From the NCBI RefSeq assembly GCF_009914755.1, contig NC_060935.1: a stretch of DNA of 64,000 bases, one strand, 5' to 3'. This document shows, in pieces, positions 44,990 through 58,447 of this stretch. Numbering within the stretch: the stretch's first letter is position 1; every line of letters begins with the position of its first letter. The translations under genes and the position numbers were made by a program. Below the pieces are notes generated by a model, which was not told where the DNA came from, did no database searches, and saw only the letters and a program-made list of their open reading frames with translations. This DNA comes from the human T2T-CHM13v2.0 reference genome, Homo sapiens.

Positions 44990-45159
44990 GACCAAGCTCA
45001 GAACTCATTAAATGATCACAGGTCTTCTCAGAGAGAGAAAGTACACAGAAGTACCAAGTATACTGAGATTAAAATGAGGCAACTGAGGTTCTTGATGTCA
45101 CAAACTCCTTATAGGACCCTGGCTGGGTCAGTCACTTAACCTTAGCCAACTCATCTTTA

Positions 45160-45481
<322 letters not shown>

Positions 45482-46019
45482 GACACAGTGGTGGAAGGGG
45501 TGATGTTTAGAAATTAGACCCCTTCAGCTCAAGCAGTTTATGATTTTGTTATCTCTGTACAAGTTTCAAATGCTACTACTGGATATTGGGGCACTTGAGG
45601 GTGAGAGGTTAGTACTAACAACATGGTAACAATGCCAAATCCTGCAAGACAGAAATGTTTATGTTTTCTTATAGTATTCTTAAGGTTTTCTCACATGCAA
45701 GGAAAAAAATATTACCTATAGCAGACCTCAAGAATCAAAACATGCAAAACTACATATTAATTGTTTCATATCTCAGAATCTTCCCTTTTTAGCATCCCAA
45801 AAGAAAGTCAAATTATGTTCTTTCTGGTTGTCTTCTGGTCCACCTATAGTAGGTATAAGACTTTGGTTTTGAGCAATTAAGTTAGCCTAGATACCATGAA
45901 TGACACTCCCAAAGAAAACAACTTAAAAGCTAAATAAAATATTCTTAAATAGTAATTTTGAAAATGAGTCATGCTGTCAAGAAGTAAGGAATCTGTAGAG
46001 AACAAAAGTTAAATGAAAG

Positions 46020-46470
46020 CAGGTGGAAGCAACCTGAATATTCACTGACAAAGAGTGGATTAAAAAATGTGGTTTATAGATACAATGGAATATGATTTCA
46101 GCCTTAAAAGGAATGGCATTCTGAAATGTTACAATATGGATGAATTTTGAAGACTTACGCTAAGTGAAATAAGCTGGTCACAAAAGGACAAATACTGTAT
46201 GATCCCATTTATATAACATACCTAGAATCAAATTCATAAGGACAAAAAGTAGAACAATGGTTGCCAGGGATTAGGGGTTGGTGAGTAGGGGGTAATAGGG
46301 AGTTTCTGTTTAATGGGTACACAGTTCCAGTTTTGTAAGATGAGAAGTTCTGGAGATGGATGGTGGTGATGGTCATGCAACAATGTGAATGTATTTAATG
46401 CCACTGAATTGTTCACTTAAAAATAATTTTGATGTTATATATGTTTCATTCACCACAATAAAAAAAATAA
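46020..46470 (+). mobile_element. L1MB-like 3' end
   Basis: gagaagttctggagatggatggtggtgatgg ... gccactgaattgttcacttaaaa. Confidence 0.85.
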
Positions 46471-46656
46471 GTGAAAGCAGAAATTCTGGAAAGAAAGAGA
46501 GCACTAAAACCATTTTTTGCCCTGAGGTTATTTATGTAACAAACACTAGTGACAATTGTGATGACTGTTTCAAGTGTGGGCAATACATCTACAGCACTGA
46601 AAGGAACCATAAAAAAACTGACCTGTCTTGACCACTAGAAAAGAAGTAATGTCTTT

Positions 46657-47722
46657 TGGTTCCAAAAGCAATGGCAACAAAAGCCAAAATTGACAAATGG
46701 GATCTAACTAAACTAAAGAGCTTCTGTACAGCAAAAGACACTACCATCAGAATGAACAGGCAACCTACAGAATGGGAGAAAATTTTTGCAATCTACTCAT
46801 CTGACAAAGGGCTAATATCCAGAATCTACAAAGAACTCAAACAAATTTACAAGAAAAAAACAAACAACCCCATCAAAAACTGGGCGAAGGATATGAACAG
46901 ACACTTCTCAAAAGAAGATATTTATGCAGCCAACAGACACTTCTCAAAAGACATTTATGCAGCCAACAGACACATGAAAAAATGCTCATCATCACTGGCC
47001 AGACAAATGCAAATCAAAACCACAATGAGATACCATCTCACACCAGTTAGAATGGTGATCATTAAAAAGTCAGGAAACAACAGGTGCTGGAGAGGATGTG
47101 GAGAAATAGGAACACTTTTACACTGTTGGTGGGGCTGTAAACTGGTTCAACCATTGTGGAAGACACTGTGGCAATTCCTCAAGGATCTAGAACTAGAAAT
47201 ACCATTTGATCCAGCCATCCCATTACTGGGTATATACCCAAAGGATTATAAATCTTGCTGCTATAAAGACACATGTACATGTATGTTTATTGCGGCACTA
47301 TTCACAATAGCAAAGACTTGGAACCAACCCAAATGTCCATCAATGATAGACTGGATTAAGAAAATGTGGCACATATACACCATGGAATACTATGCAGCCA
47401 TAAAAAAGGATGAGTTCATGTCCTTTGTAGGGACATGGATGAAGCTGGAAACCATCATTCTCAGTCAACTATTGCAGGGACAAAAAACCAAACACCGCAT
47501 GTTCTCACTCATAGGTGGGAATTGAACAATGAGAACACTTGGACACAGGAAGGGGAACATCACACACCGGGGCCTGTTGTGGGGTGGGGGGAGGGGAGAG
47601 GGATAGCATTAGGAGATATACCTAATGTAAACGACAAGTTAATGGGTGCAGCACACCAACATGACACATGTACACATATGTAACAAACCTGCATGTTGTG
47701 CACATGTACCCTAGAACTTAAA

Positions 47723-47762
<40 letters not shown>

Positions 47763-47780
47763 GTGACCAAAAAAAAAAAA
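46657..47780 (+). mobile_element. 5'-truncated L1PA (PA4/5-like), about 1.1 kb; source of the 289-aa ORF2 C-terminal remnant
   Basis: Peptide ends ...[11 protein letters not shown] (L1 ORF2 C-terminus); G-rich 3' UTR; TSD aagaagtaatgtcttt at 46641-46656 and 47781-47796. Confidence 0.97.
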
Positions 47781-49089
47781 AAGAAGTAATGTCTTTCCTA
47801 AAAGTCTGTAATCAAAATCTGGCTCTAATGCAAGTTTGTGATCAAATTCATGATACTTCAAGTGAAGATCTAAAAGTAGTCCAGGATTAATAATGTCCTG
47901 AGGCTACTGGAGGCAGCAGCCTCTAATCCATTCTGGTAGAATAAATGTTTAACCTAGGCCTCAAATAGCTTCCACAGGTAAAGTCCTAAGGAACACTTGC
48001 TGTTAAAAGTAAAACAAAAACATATATGGAAATAAGCCATAATACCATAATGAATGACAGCCAGGAAAAACTGATGACAGAATCGTATCTTCAAAGACTT
48101 CACATGTTGGAATTAGAGACAGAATATAAAATTTTTAAGATTTAGAAGAGAAGCTTGAAAAAATTAGCAAACGAGAGTATAAAAAAGAACTAAATACTTT
48201 TGAAAACAAACCAAACTGAATGTCCAAAAATGAAAATTACAATTGAAATGAAAAAGTCCATGGTCAAGTTAAACAGATTAAATAGAGCTAAAGAGTTAGT
48301 CAACTGGAAGAGCAATCCAAAGAAATTCCATAGAATGTGACCAAGAACTAAAGATATGAAAAAATCAGAGTTTAAGAGACGTGGATGATAGAGTAAGAGG
48401 GTCTAACATATATCTAATCTTGTAACTGAAGTTCAATAATTAAATAAGAGAGGATGGAGTATTATTCTATGCCTGCCTTTGGCTGGTATGTTTTCAGAAC
48501 CATTGAAAGAATACCAAACCGCATATCCAGTAAGCTAAACAAATGTCAAGCAGGATAAATAGAAACCACATATGGTAATGAAATTGAATACCAAAGACAA
48601 AAAAGAAGACATTAAAAGAGAAACAAGAGATCACCTGCAGAAGAATGGCAATTAGACTATCAGCTAACTCCTGAACAGCAACAGTGAAATCTAGAAGATC
48701 ACAGAATAATTTTTCAATGTGCTAAGAAAAAATAACTTTCAATGCAGAAGTCAATAGCCATTCAAACTCAATGAATGCAAAATAAAGATATTTTCAGACA
48801 AAAAAACAGAAATTGCCACAGACAGACTCTCACTAAAGGCAATTCTAAAGGATATACTTTAGGAAGAAAAATAATCCCAGATGGAAGGTCTGACATAAAA
48901 GAAAACAAAGACGAGCACAGATATTGATAAATACATGGGAAATCTGAACACTTCCAGTGTAAAACAAGAATATTATTTTAAGTGGGTATAAATAAATAAG
49001 ATAGAAAATACCGGCCAACAATAACATAAGTTAGGAGGAGTGATTCAAGTTTAGGTATGCTAAGATTCTTACATGATTTGGAAGAAGGG

Positions 49090-49570
49090 TGTAGTGCGTT
49101 GAATGGTCCCTTCCCAAAAGATATGCCCATGTCCTAATCCCTGGAACCTGTGAATATTACCTTATATGACATAAAATGTGATTAAGTTAAAGGTCTCAGA
49201 CCCTTAGGCCATATAAGATAATATTCATAGGCAGCACTTCTCTTGGAGAATTCAGGGAAACTCTAAATGTAATCATATGTATCCATATAAGACAGAGATA
49301 GAGGAAGAACAGACAGAGGGACAGAAGAGAGAGGAGGAAGAGACAGTGTGACCATGGGCAGAGATTGGAGTGATGCAACCATGAACCAAGGAACATCTGG
49401 AGCCACCGGAAGCCAAAAGAGGCAAAAGATTTTCCCCAGTGCTTTCAGAAGGAACACAGCGCTGTAACACCTGGATTTATTCTCTCCTGAACTGTAAGAC
49501 GATAAATCTCTATTGTCTTAAGCCAACAAATTTGTAGTCATTTGTTACAGCAACTACAAGAAACTACTAA
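49090..49570 (+). mobile_element. MLT1C/D-like MaLR LTR
   Basis: tgtagtgcgttgaatggtccc...gtcctaatccctggaacctgtgaat ... tttgttacagcaactacaagaaacta. Confidence 0.85.
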
Positions 49571-49571
49571 G

Positions 49572-49695
49572 GGCCTGGCATGATAGCTCAAGCCTGTGAT
49601 CCTAGCATTTTGGGAGGCCAAAGCTGGCACAGTACTTGAGACCAGCCTGGACAATATGACGAAGCCCTGTTTCTGTATTTAAAAAAAAAAAAAAA
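49572..49695 (+). mobile_element. FLAM-type Alu monomer
   Basis: Left monomer with internal deletion and poly(A). Confidence 0.75.
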
Positions 49696-49861
49696 GAAGA
49701 AGAGGAGGAGGAAAGAAAAAAGAAACTAATACAGAGAGTAAATATACTGCTATACTTTAGGCCAAATTAAAAAATTAAAATGTATGTGCTGATAAAGAGC
49801 TCAAATCTCCCTAAATGAATTTATTAATTTAACATAAACTCAGTAAAAACACCATTTTTTT

Positions 49862-50178
49862 GGCCAGGTGTGGTGGCTCATGCCTGTAATCACAGCACTT
49901 TGGGAGGCTGAGGCAGGTGGATCGCCTGAGGTCAGGAGTTTGAGACCAGCCTGGCCAACATGGCGAAAACCTGTCTGTACTAAAAATACAAAAATTAGCT
50001 GGGGGTGGTAGCATGTCCCTGTTAATCCCAGCTACTCAGGAGGCTGAGGCTGGAGAATCGCTTGAACTTAGGAGGCGGCAGTTGCAGTGAGCCAAGATCT
50101 TGTCACTGCAGTCCAACCTGGGCAACAGAGCAAAACTTCGTCTCAAAGAAAAACAACAACAACAACAACAACAAAAAA
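49862..50178 (+). mobile_element. AluSx-like
   Basis: Full dimer, (CAA)n tail. Confidence 0.94.
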
Positions 50179-52849
50179 CCCACCATATTTGTTCTAAATA
50201 AGAGAATACAATTGTAAAGTTCATAAAGAAAAACAAGAATAGCAGAGGACACTATTACAACCATATGGTAAAACACACCTCATTAATCAAAACAAAGCGT
50301 ATTGCTATATATATTTTATAAGTATACAGACTAATGGAATTTAATACTTAGTGAGTTCACAAATGGTTACTAATGCATAAAATGCTTAGATTATGATAGA
50401 AGTAGCACCTCAAATCCATGGGAAAGATTTAATGACACTGTTAAAAATAAAGCTGAAACAAAGTTGAACCTGTACCTCTAAGCATAGATCAGGAAAAATT
50501 CCAACTGGATCAGATTTAAATGTAATATAAAATGAAATTATAAAACATAGTACATTTCTTTTATAGCCTATAAGAGGGAAAGTCTATTACCTAAAATCCA
50601 GAAACCATAACAATGATTGTTATAGTGACTACACAGAAACCTATAAATCTAAAAATGAAAACTATTTTCAAATCCTGCATGGCAACACGGACACACCCCC
50701 CCACACCCACACAAATGCCTATGGACAAAGCAAGGAAAAAAATGGTAACTTGGGTTAGAAGTCATAAATATTTCGCTAAAATTCACAATTCCTATTACAA
50801 AGGGCTAATCTCCTACATAAAGAGCTCCTACAAATCAGTAAGAACATTAACCCTGCAGAAAAATAAGCAAATGTTCACAGACAAATAACTATAAATGATT
50901 TTTAAACATGTGAAAAGATCAATGTTGACTTACAAAAGGAATACAAATTAAAAATACACTTAAATATTACTTTTCTCTCATTAGACTGGCAAACATACAG
51001 AACTTTGGTAATCATCTTGGCAAGACTGTGGAAAAAGAGGCAGGAGTGTAAATAGTTACAAACCCTCTGGAGAGCAATGTGGCAAAATTACATATAATCT
51101 ACCAAAAGTGTAAGAGTATATATCCTTTAACCAGGCAATGCCAGAAACTTATCCTAGAGATAAACTAACATGTGCACAATGACATATGTGCATTTTGGGA
51201 TCTATTTAAAAGAGTAATATTGAAAACAATGTAAATGCTCATCAGTAAAGACTTAGTTATGCCTTCACCAATTGATGTACTACCACTCAGCTGCTTTTTA
51301 AAAAGGCATGGGGAAGAAAACTGTTCATGTATCAATATGGAAAGAGCATCAAGATATATTATGAAGTAAAAAAAAAAAAAGCAAGTATAGAGAAAGTTGT
51401 CCTTTATTTGTATAAATGGAGGAGTTAATACGTATTTGTATGCGTATTTATAATCTCTATTAGATATATTCTAACATATCTAATATGTTAACAGGCCAAC
51501 ATACATTATAAAGATAAATACACCAGGTTATTAGAAATGAGCAGATGGTGGCAGAAGGATAGAGAAGAGACTTCTCACAGTATACTTTTCAAATATTTTG
51601 TGTTTAAGCCATGTGCATGTATTATCTATTAAATTTAAACATTTTAATAAGTATGCATAATAAAATACCTAGAGTAACTTCTAATGAAGTAGTTAGAGTG
51701 TAACTTCCAAATAAGCAGAGGGATAAAAAGGAAATTAGAAAAAGGAAACAAAATGTTCAATCCAAAAGGTAAGATTAAAAAAAACAACAGAAAATTTCAG
51801 TGTAAGGTAAGGTACAACACTACACGGTTGCAACAAATCAAAACATTTCCATAATCACAATAAATGTAAATCAATTTAATTCACCATTTAAAAGATAAAG
51901 CCTGTCTCACTGTATTAACCACAATAAATGTGAATTAACTAAATTCTCAAGTTAAAAGAAAGACTTTCCAGACTAAACAAAAACATAATCTAGCTACATA
52001 CTGTTTTTTAAAGATACACCTAAAATACAAGAGCACAGGTAGGTTGAAATCAAAGGATGGAAAAAATTACATAAAGCATATACATTACTCAAAAGAATGC
52101 TGCTGCAGGTATATGACTACCAAGCAAAAAAAGATATTAAGGTAAAAAGGCAAAGAGGGTCAGGCACTTCACAAAGATAAGAGGTTCAAAGGCCCAGAAG
52201 TCATGTACTTCTAAAAAGTATGTGTACCTAGTAATATGGCCTCGAAATATATAAAGCAAGAATTGCCATTACTATAAGTAGAAAGTGACAAGTCCATTAC
52301 ATAATGGGAGATTTTTAAACAACCTCCCAGTAACTAATATAAAAAAGATGAGGCTCCTTTTGCCAACTCAAGTTAACCTTCCTTGGAACTAGATCACCAT
52401 ATCAGATACACAATTTCTTACTTAATTCCTAAGAAAATTAATCAGAACGGAAAGACATTCTTCCTGTCTGGTTCTGGTGACCAGTATTCAAACACAGAAA
52501 TGAGAAGTTACACATGAGCTGCATAAGCAACCACATAGCTAGAGACTAACACTAATGGCTTTGTCAGCAATTCTGTGTGCTTATGCTTCAATTAATCTCT
52601 AAATTCCTCAAGGGAAGATGTTGGTCTCTTACACACATTTGTATCACTTCCCATACCTACCACACTGCCTGGTATATAGTAGGTGCTCAATAAATGTTTT
52701 ATGAGTCATCTACTAAAATACTCCTCTTAAAAATATGTATTCTCTCCAACATCTATGAAGCACCTATTACATACCAGGTACTGTGTTAAGTACTGAGAAT
52801 ACACAGATGAATAAAAATGTCTGCTTTCCAGGGGACCACAACCTAGTAA

Positions 52850-53168
<319 letters not shown>

Positions 53169-53509
53169 TTAGAAATACATTTTCTTAAAAAGCTGTAAGT
53201 AGAGTTTTAAATGGAGTGGTAGATATACAAGCCCAGTGAAAGTACCCACAGACCTAAGGGAAAGGTTCTCACCCATTTAACATATATTTATAAGCACTTA
53301 CTGTATGCCAGAATCAGGTAGGTGTTAAGAAGAGATATTTGAGTTAATTCTTGTCAAGCAGATGTGGGGTTGAAGTCAGACAGAAGGTACTAAGGGCAAT
53401 GAGAAAAAAGAATGTAAGGTCCAGGAGAAAAATGTGATTTGCTTGAAGTCAAAGAGCTTGGATAAAGACTAGAACCTACATTCCCTAGTGTCCTTTCCAC
53501 ATTGCTTCT

Positions 53510-53591
53510 GGAATTCCTGGCCTCAAGCTATCCTCCCACCTCCGCCTCCCAAAGTACTGAGAATATAGGCATGAACCACCGCATGTGGCTC
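53510..53591 (-). mobile_element. 3'-truncated (tailless) Alu/FLAM 5' fragment
   Basis: First ~82 nt of the Alu left arm, no poly(A), perfect 13-bp flanking repeat ccacattgcttct. Confidence 0.8.
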
Positions 53592-54271
53592 CCACATTGC
53601 TTCTCTACACTCCTTCCCCTTAGAACCATCTTTACTCCAATACAGATTCCTATCTAGGTCAATGGATTTTGACAAAAATTCAGTAAGAAATGTCTTTTAA
53701 ATTGTAGCACAGTATCTATAAATACAATGAACTTAAAAGTTTCAATAAATATCCTTAACTGGACACAATACATGCTACTTTTTGTATACTATTTTACTTT
53801 GAAAATACTGGTAGCAACTCATTACCATTGATTTCATCACCTACGAATAGAGCTCAATCCCCATTTTGTAAAATGCTTATTGCTTGCAGTGGTTATTCTA
53901 CCTCTAGCTTCTCACTTAATAGCCATCCCCCCAAATTCCTCTCCAAACATATTACTAACAACTATGATAGCAAATGCTGTGATAGGCCTTGAGTTTGCTA
54001 TATGTGTTTAAGTTCTTCAAAAAAGCATAAACCAGGGATTTTATCAAACTTTCCTGAGAAATTTTCCCCAAACTATACATATTTACTACATATCTACTGA
54101 TATCAGAAGATTCAGTAGATACAGAGTGAGATTTGGACATATGTAATGTTGGGAAAAGCTTCCCAGGTAATAGCACCTTTTTAAAAATATATATATATAC
54201 GTCTATATAGTATTTTGCAAGTAGGTGGCAATGCTATGCTTGAAATACAAGGGTGGGAATGGCTGCAGTCA

Positions 54272-54375
54272 TTTTTTTTATTTCAACAGGGTTTTGGGGA
54301 ACAGGTGTTATTTGGTTACATGAATAAGATCTTTAGTGGTGACTTCTGAGATTTTAGTGTACCTGTCACCCCAAG
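54272..54375 (-). mobile_element. L1PB1-like extreme 3' fragment
   Basis: ttttggggaacaggtg...tttggttacatgaataag...ctttagtggtga. Confidence 0.8.
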
Positions 54376-55558
54376 GTGATAGCAACTTAATGATCTGAGG
54401 TCCCTTCCACTGTTATGAAACAAATATTTGTGTAGGAAAAGGAGTCTGGTAACGGACTAGACACAGACAAGAAAATGAAATCTCAGATAAGCAGAGGGAC
54501 TTAAGTGTGATTAAAAAGCCACCAGTAAGGCAGGCATTAGAATCCAGCTCACCTGATTGCCAGTCCATTTCAGAAAGTTCCCACTAGGAAAATGAAGTCT
54601 CCCTATCAGTGTCCCTTCTCCTTCTGCAGTGACCTTTTCTTTATCAGAAACTCCCCAGGGCACCTTGGCTTACTAAATGCTAATTAGATTTCCTCCACCT
54701 GCTCTGGGATTTAGAGGGCAGTGCTAATGCAGCGCCCTCCTCAACTAACAAAGCCACTGGCATTCCTGGTATGCAGGGGCTGGCCTCCAGTTTAGTCAAC
54801 ATCAATTAAAGGGCTCCTATCCAAAGCCCTAAGGAGGAAGACAGAAAAGGGAGGGGTATTCCTTGATCCAAAAAATGAAGTACAGTCACTGATTGGGATT
54901 GATTGTTACTGTGGAGCTGGGTGGGACCAGGGAAAATTCTGGGAGGTAGGAATGGAATCTGGGTGAGGCAAGCAAACTGATGACCATTCATCATCTTCTC
55001 ACTCCCCCAAGGAATGCTATTGTTGAGCTTGAGGGGATGAAGCCTTGGATCGCAAAAAGCCTTCATCCAAAAATAACTTAAGAAACACTTCCCTTTCTCT
55101 TCTTGTTTCAATACACAGGTCCAAATTCCGCAGTCCAGAATGACAAGTCCTCCATAATTCTATCCCGCTCTATGGAGGCATCAGAATTTCGTGAATATTC
55201 AGCCACTAACTGGCAAAGTTCAGCCTGGATGTTCAGCCATTAACTGCTGTGTAATTATGGACCAGTTACAGTTTTCTCTGGGCTTTGATTTTTCTCATTT
55301 GCAGCACTCAGTTGATTTCAAAATTAAATAAGACAATGAATATACATATGTTTTATAAACTATAAGGTGGTGTAGAGTTCTAATACAACTCCTAACACAA
55401 ACTCAATTCAATGCAAACATTTACTGAGTTCCTAGAATAGTGTTTATACAGAGTTGGCACACAAACATTATCAAGTATTAGCTGTTAGATGCACAAAAAC
55501 CATACCGAGTTCTTAATGATAGGGAAATCACAGTCCAGTGTAGGAGACAAGCTCTTTA

Positions 55559-55939
<381 letters not shown>

Positions 55940-55997
55940 TTAATTTACCCTGCTACCAAAGAGCAGGGGTTAAGGATTATCAAAAACCTTCTATATT

Positions 55998-56103
55998 CAC
56001 TATATTTTCTCCAAGCCCTATCCCCAATTACATTCTATTCCCCATCCAGACTATGATGGCGAATAGAATGTAATTGGGGATAGGGCTTGGAGAAAATATA
56101 GTG
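55998..56103. repeat. Perfect 43-bp inverted repeat with 20-bp spacer
   Basis: 55998-56040 is the exact reverse complement of 56061-56103. Confidence 0.97.
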
Positions 56104-57103
56104 GAGAAGCAACTCAAATGGTTGCTTCTCAAATGATCCTCCAGAACAACATATTCATTAGAATCTCCCCATCTTTATTCACAAAGTTACATGAGAAATT
56201 TTAAAAACCCACTAACCATCCAAGGAGTATTTAAGCTTCCATTATGTGCAAGGTATTCTTAAGGATGCAAAAAAATACAAGACAGGTCCCTGAACCCAAT
56301 GAATTTACCATCTAGCAAGGGAGATAAGTCATATACAAAATTATGATACTAAGGTATATTCCTGAGCCATACAGTATCTCAGGGGTAAAGGGGAACATAG
56401 CTCAAATATCTGGAGGAGCTCCAAATTGAAAACTTCTGTTTTCTTTTCCCCCATCAACTTGGACCAAGAGTCACAAATACATTCTTCCTCCATCTAGCAA
56501 TATCCTTTAACCTACTTTGTGCCAGACAACATTCTGGTCATGAGAAAAAAGCAATGAACAAAACAGACAAAAATCCTGCCTTCGAAGGGCATATGGTCTG
56601 GAAGTGTAAAGGGTCAGGTAGGTACATATATGAGTGACTGGTGTGTGCATGTATGTGTGCGTGCGTGCATGTGATACAGCAGACTAGAAAGCATATGCTT
56701 TGGCTTAAATGGAAAGCTACCACCCAGTTCCAGCTAATTGCTGCTAGGCAGAAATTTGGGCCCAGTGTTCCCAGATCTGGAAGCTGGACATTTTACGGAT
56801 TTTATGTAAGAGATCTCAGCTTTTAACAATCTACGACTAATTAAAAGTGTTTAAAACACTGCAGGCCAAGCAAAACACTTTATAGATGGAATTCAGGCTA
56901 AAGATACCAGTCTATAATCTGTCTTAGAACATGTATCATGATTTTTGGCTTAGAGATGCAGTCACTTCATATAGTGTTATAAACCAAGTGCTACTGGGCT
57001 GCAGGCAGAAGATCCAGCCTCTCAGCCAGTATTAAGGAGGTGAGAGCATTTAGCCTGAGCTCCTTCAGAAAACATCTCAGAATATGTCAGTGCTTAATTT
57101 TCT

Positions 57104-57401
<298 letters not shown>

Positions 57402-58081
57402 TGTCAGTGCTTAATTTTCTATTCTTTGTTCACTTCTCACAGCACTTACTGGCCACATCCATGAGTTGCCACATGCTGAGGTATTTCTTTGCTAAGAATG
57501 GCAAGACCATTTTGTTCAACCAGGAAGTCCATGAACAGCAACTCAACCAATGCATCTGCCTTGATGGTTTGATTATTCAACAGATTAATACTGTTCATGA
57601 ATATGATTAATTCTGATCTACTCTATAATAGGCTTGCTATTTAGAAATATAGTAAACTTCTGTCACCTGAAATTCTCAAGTGAGGGACTTTATGTAAATT
57701 ATCCTGGACAAAAAAATTTCCTATAGTTAAATCACGTTTGTGCAGAAGTCACTGAAATACAGTACTGATGGCTGAAAAGCAAGCTACAAATTAAATATAT
57801 AAATTACTACACAAATAGTCACAATACAAACAAATGTTTTAATAAAAATAGAAACAAAGCATACTACACGAAGGAAGAATTTCACTAAATACTAGTGCAT
57901 ACCAAATGAGAAAAGGAACAATTAACCCTAATAAAAGCTGGTCTTTCACTACATATGTTTGTAACAGAACTACACAGCATGTTAACAAACTGAAAAAAAA
58001 AAGACAAGACAGCAAAAATAAACTCTATAGGTTTAAATCTTCAACTTCAGACCCCAGAAAAGCATCTTTAAAGTCAGATAA

Positions 58082-58447
58082 GTCCAGGCATGGCGGCTCA
58101 TGCCTATAACCCCAGCACTTTGGGAGGCTGAGGTGGGAGAATTGCTTGAGGCTAGGAGTTTGAGACCAGCCTGGGAAACACAGCGAGACCCCATCGCTAC
58201 AAACAAATTTTTTAAAAATTAAAAAATTTTTTAATTTGTTTAAAATTAATAAATTTACTTATTAAATAAATTTATATTTACGGGCATGGTGGCATGTGCC
58301 TGTAGTCCCAGCTACTCAGGAGGCTGAGGTGGGAGGATCACTTGAGCCCAGGAGGTCAAGGCTGCAGTGAGCAATGATTGTACCACTGCACTCCAGCCTG
58401 GGTGACAGAGTGACAGAGACCCTGTCTCAAAAAAAAAAAAAAAAAAA
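58082..58447 (+). mobile_element. AluJ with expanded AT-rich linker
   Basis: Both arms intact; aaagtcagataagt repeated at both flanks. Confidence 0.92.

Larger units (their letters stand above)
48040..52340 (+). mobile_element. Nested ancient L1M fragments (ORF1-like 48040-49080; 3' part of a second L1 ~50200-51650; ORF2-start-like 51650-52340)
   Basis: Very A-rich decayed L1 motifs (aaataaagatattttcagac; cacaataaatgtaaat; aaaggatggaaaaa); ends approximate. Confidence 0.65.

Noticed and set aside
46656-47525. 289-aa ORF as a host gene
   Set aside because: It is the C-terminus of L1 ORF2p in a 5'-truncated copy lacking the promoter, EN and RT domains.
54705-54745. CTCF-like sequences (agagggcagtg, gcagcgccctc)
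   Set aside because: Only half-site matches; the 5' core is missing.
57445-57640. Open frame ending at CA|GTAAGT on the minus strand
   Set aside because: Good donor but no pyrimidine-rich acceptor; could be chance or an old repeat.
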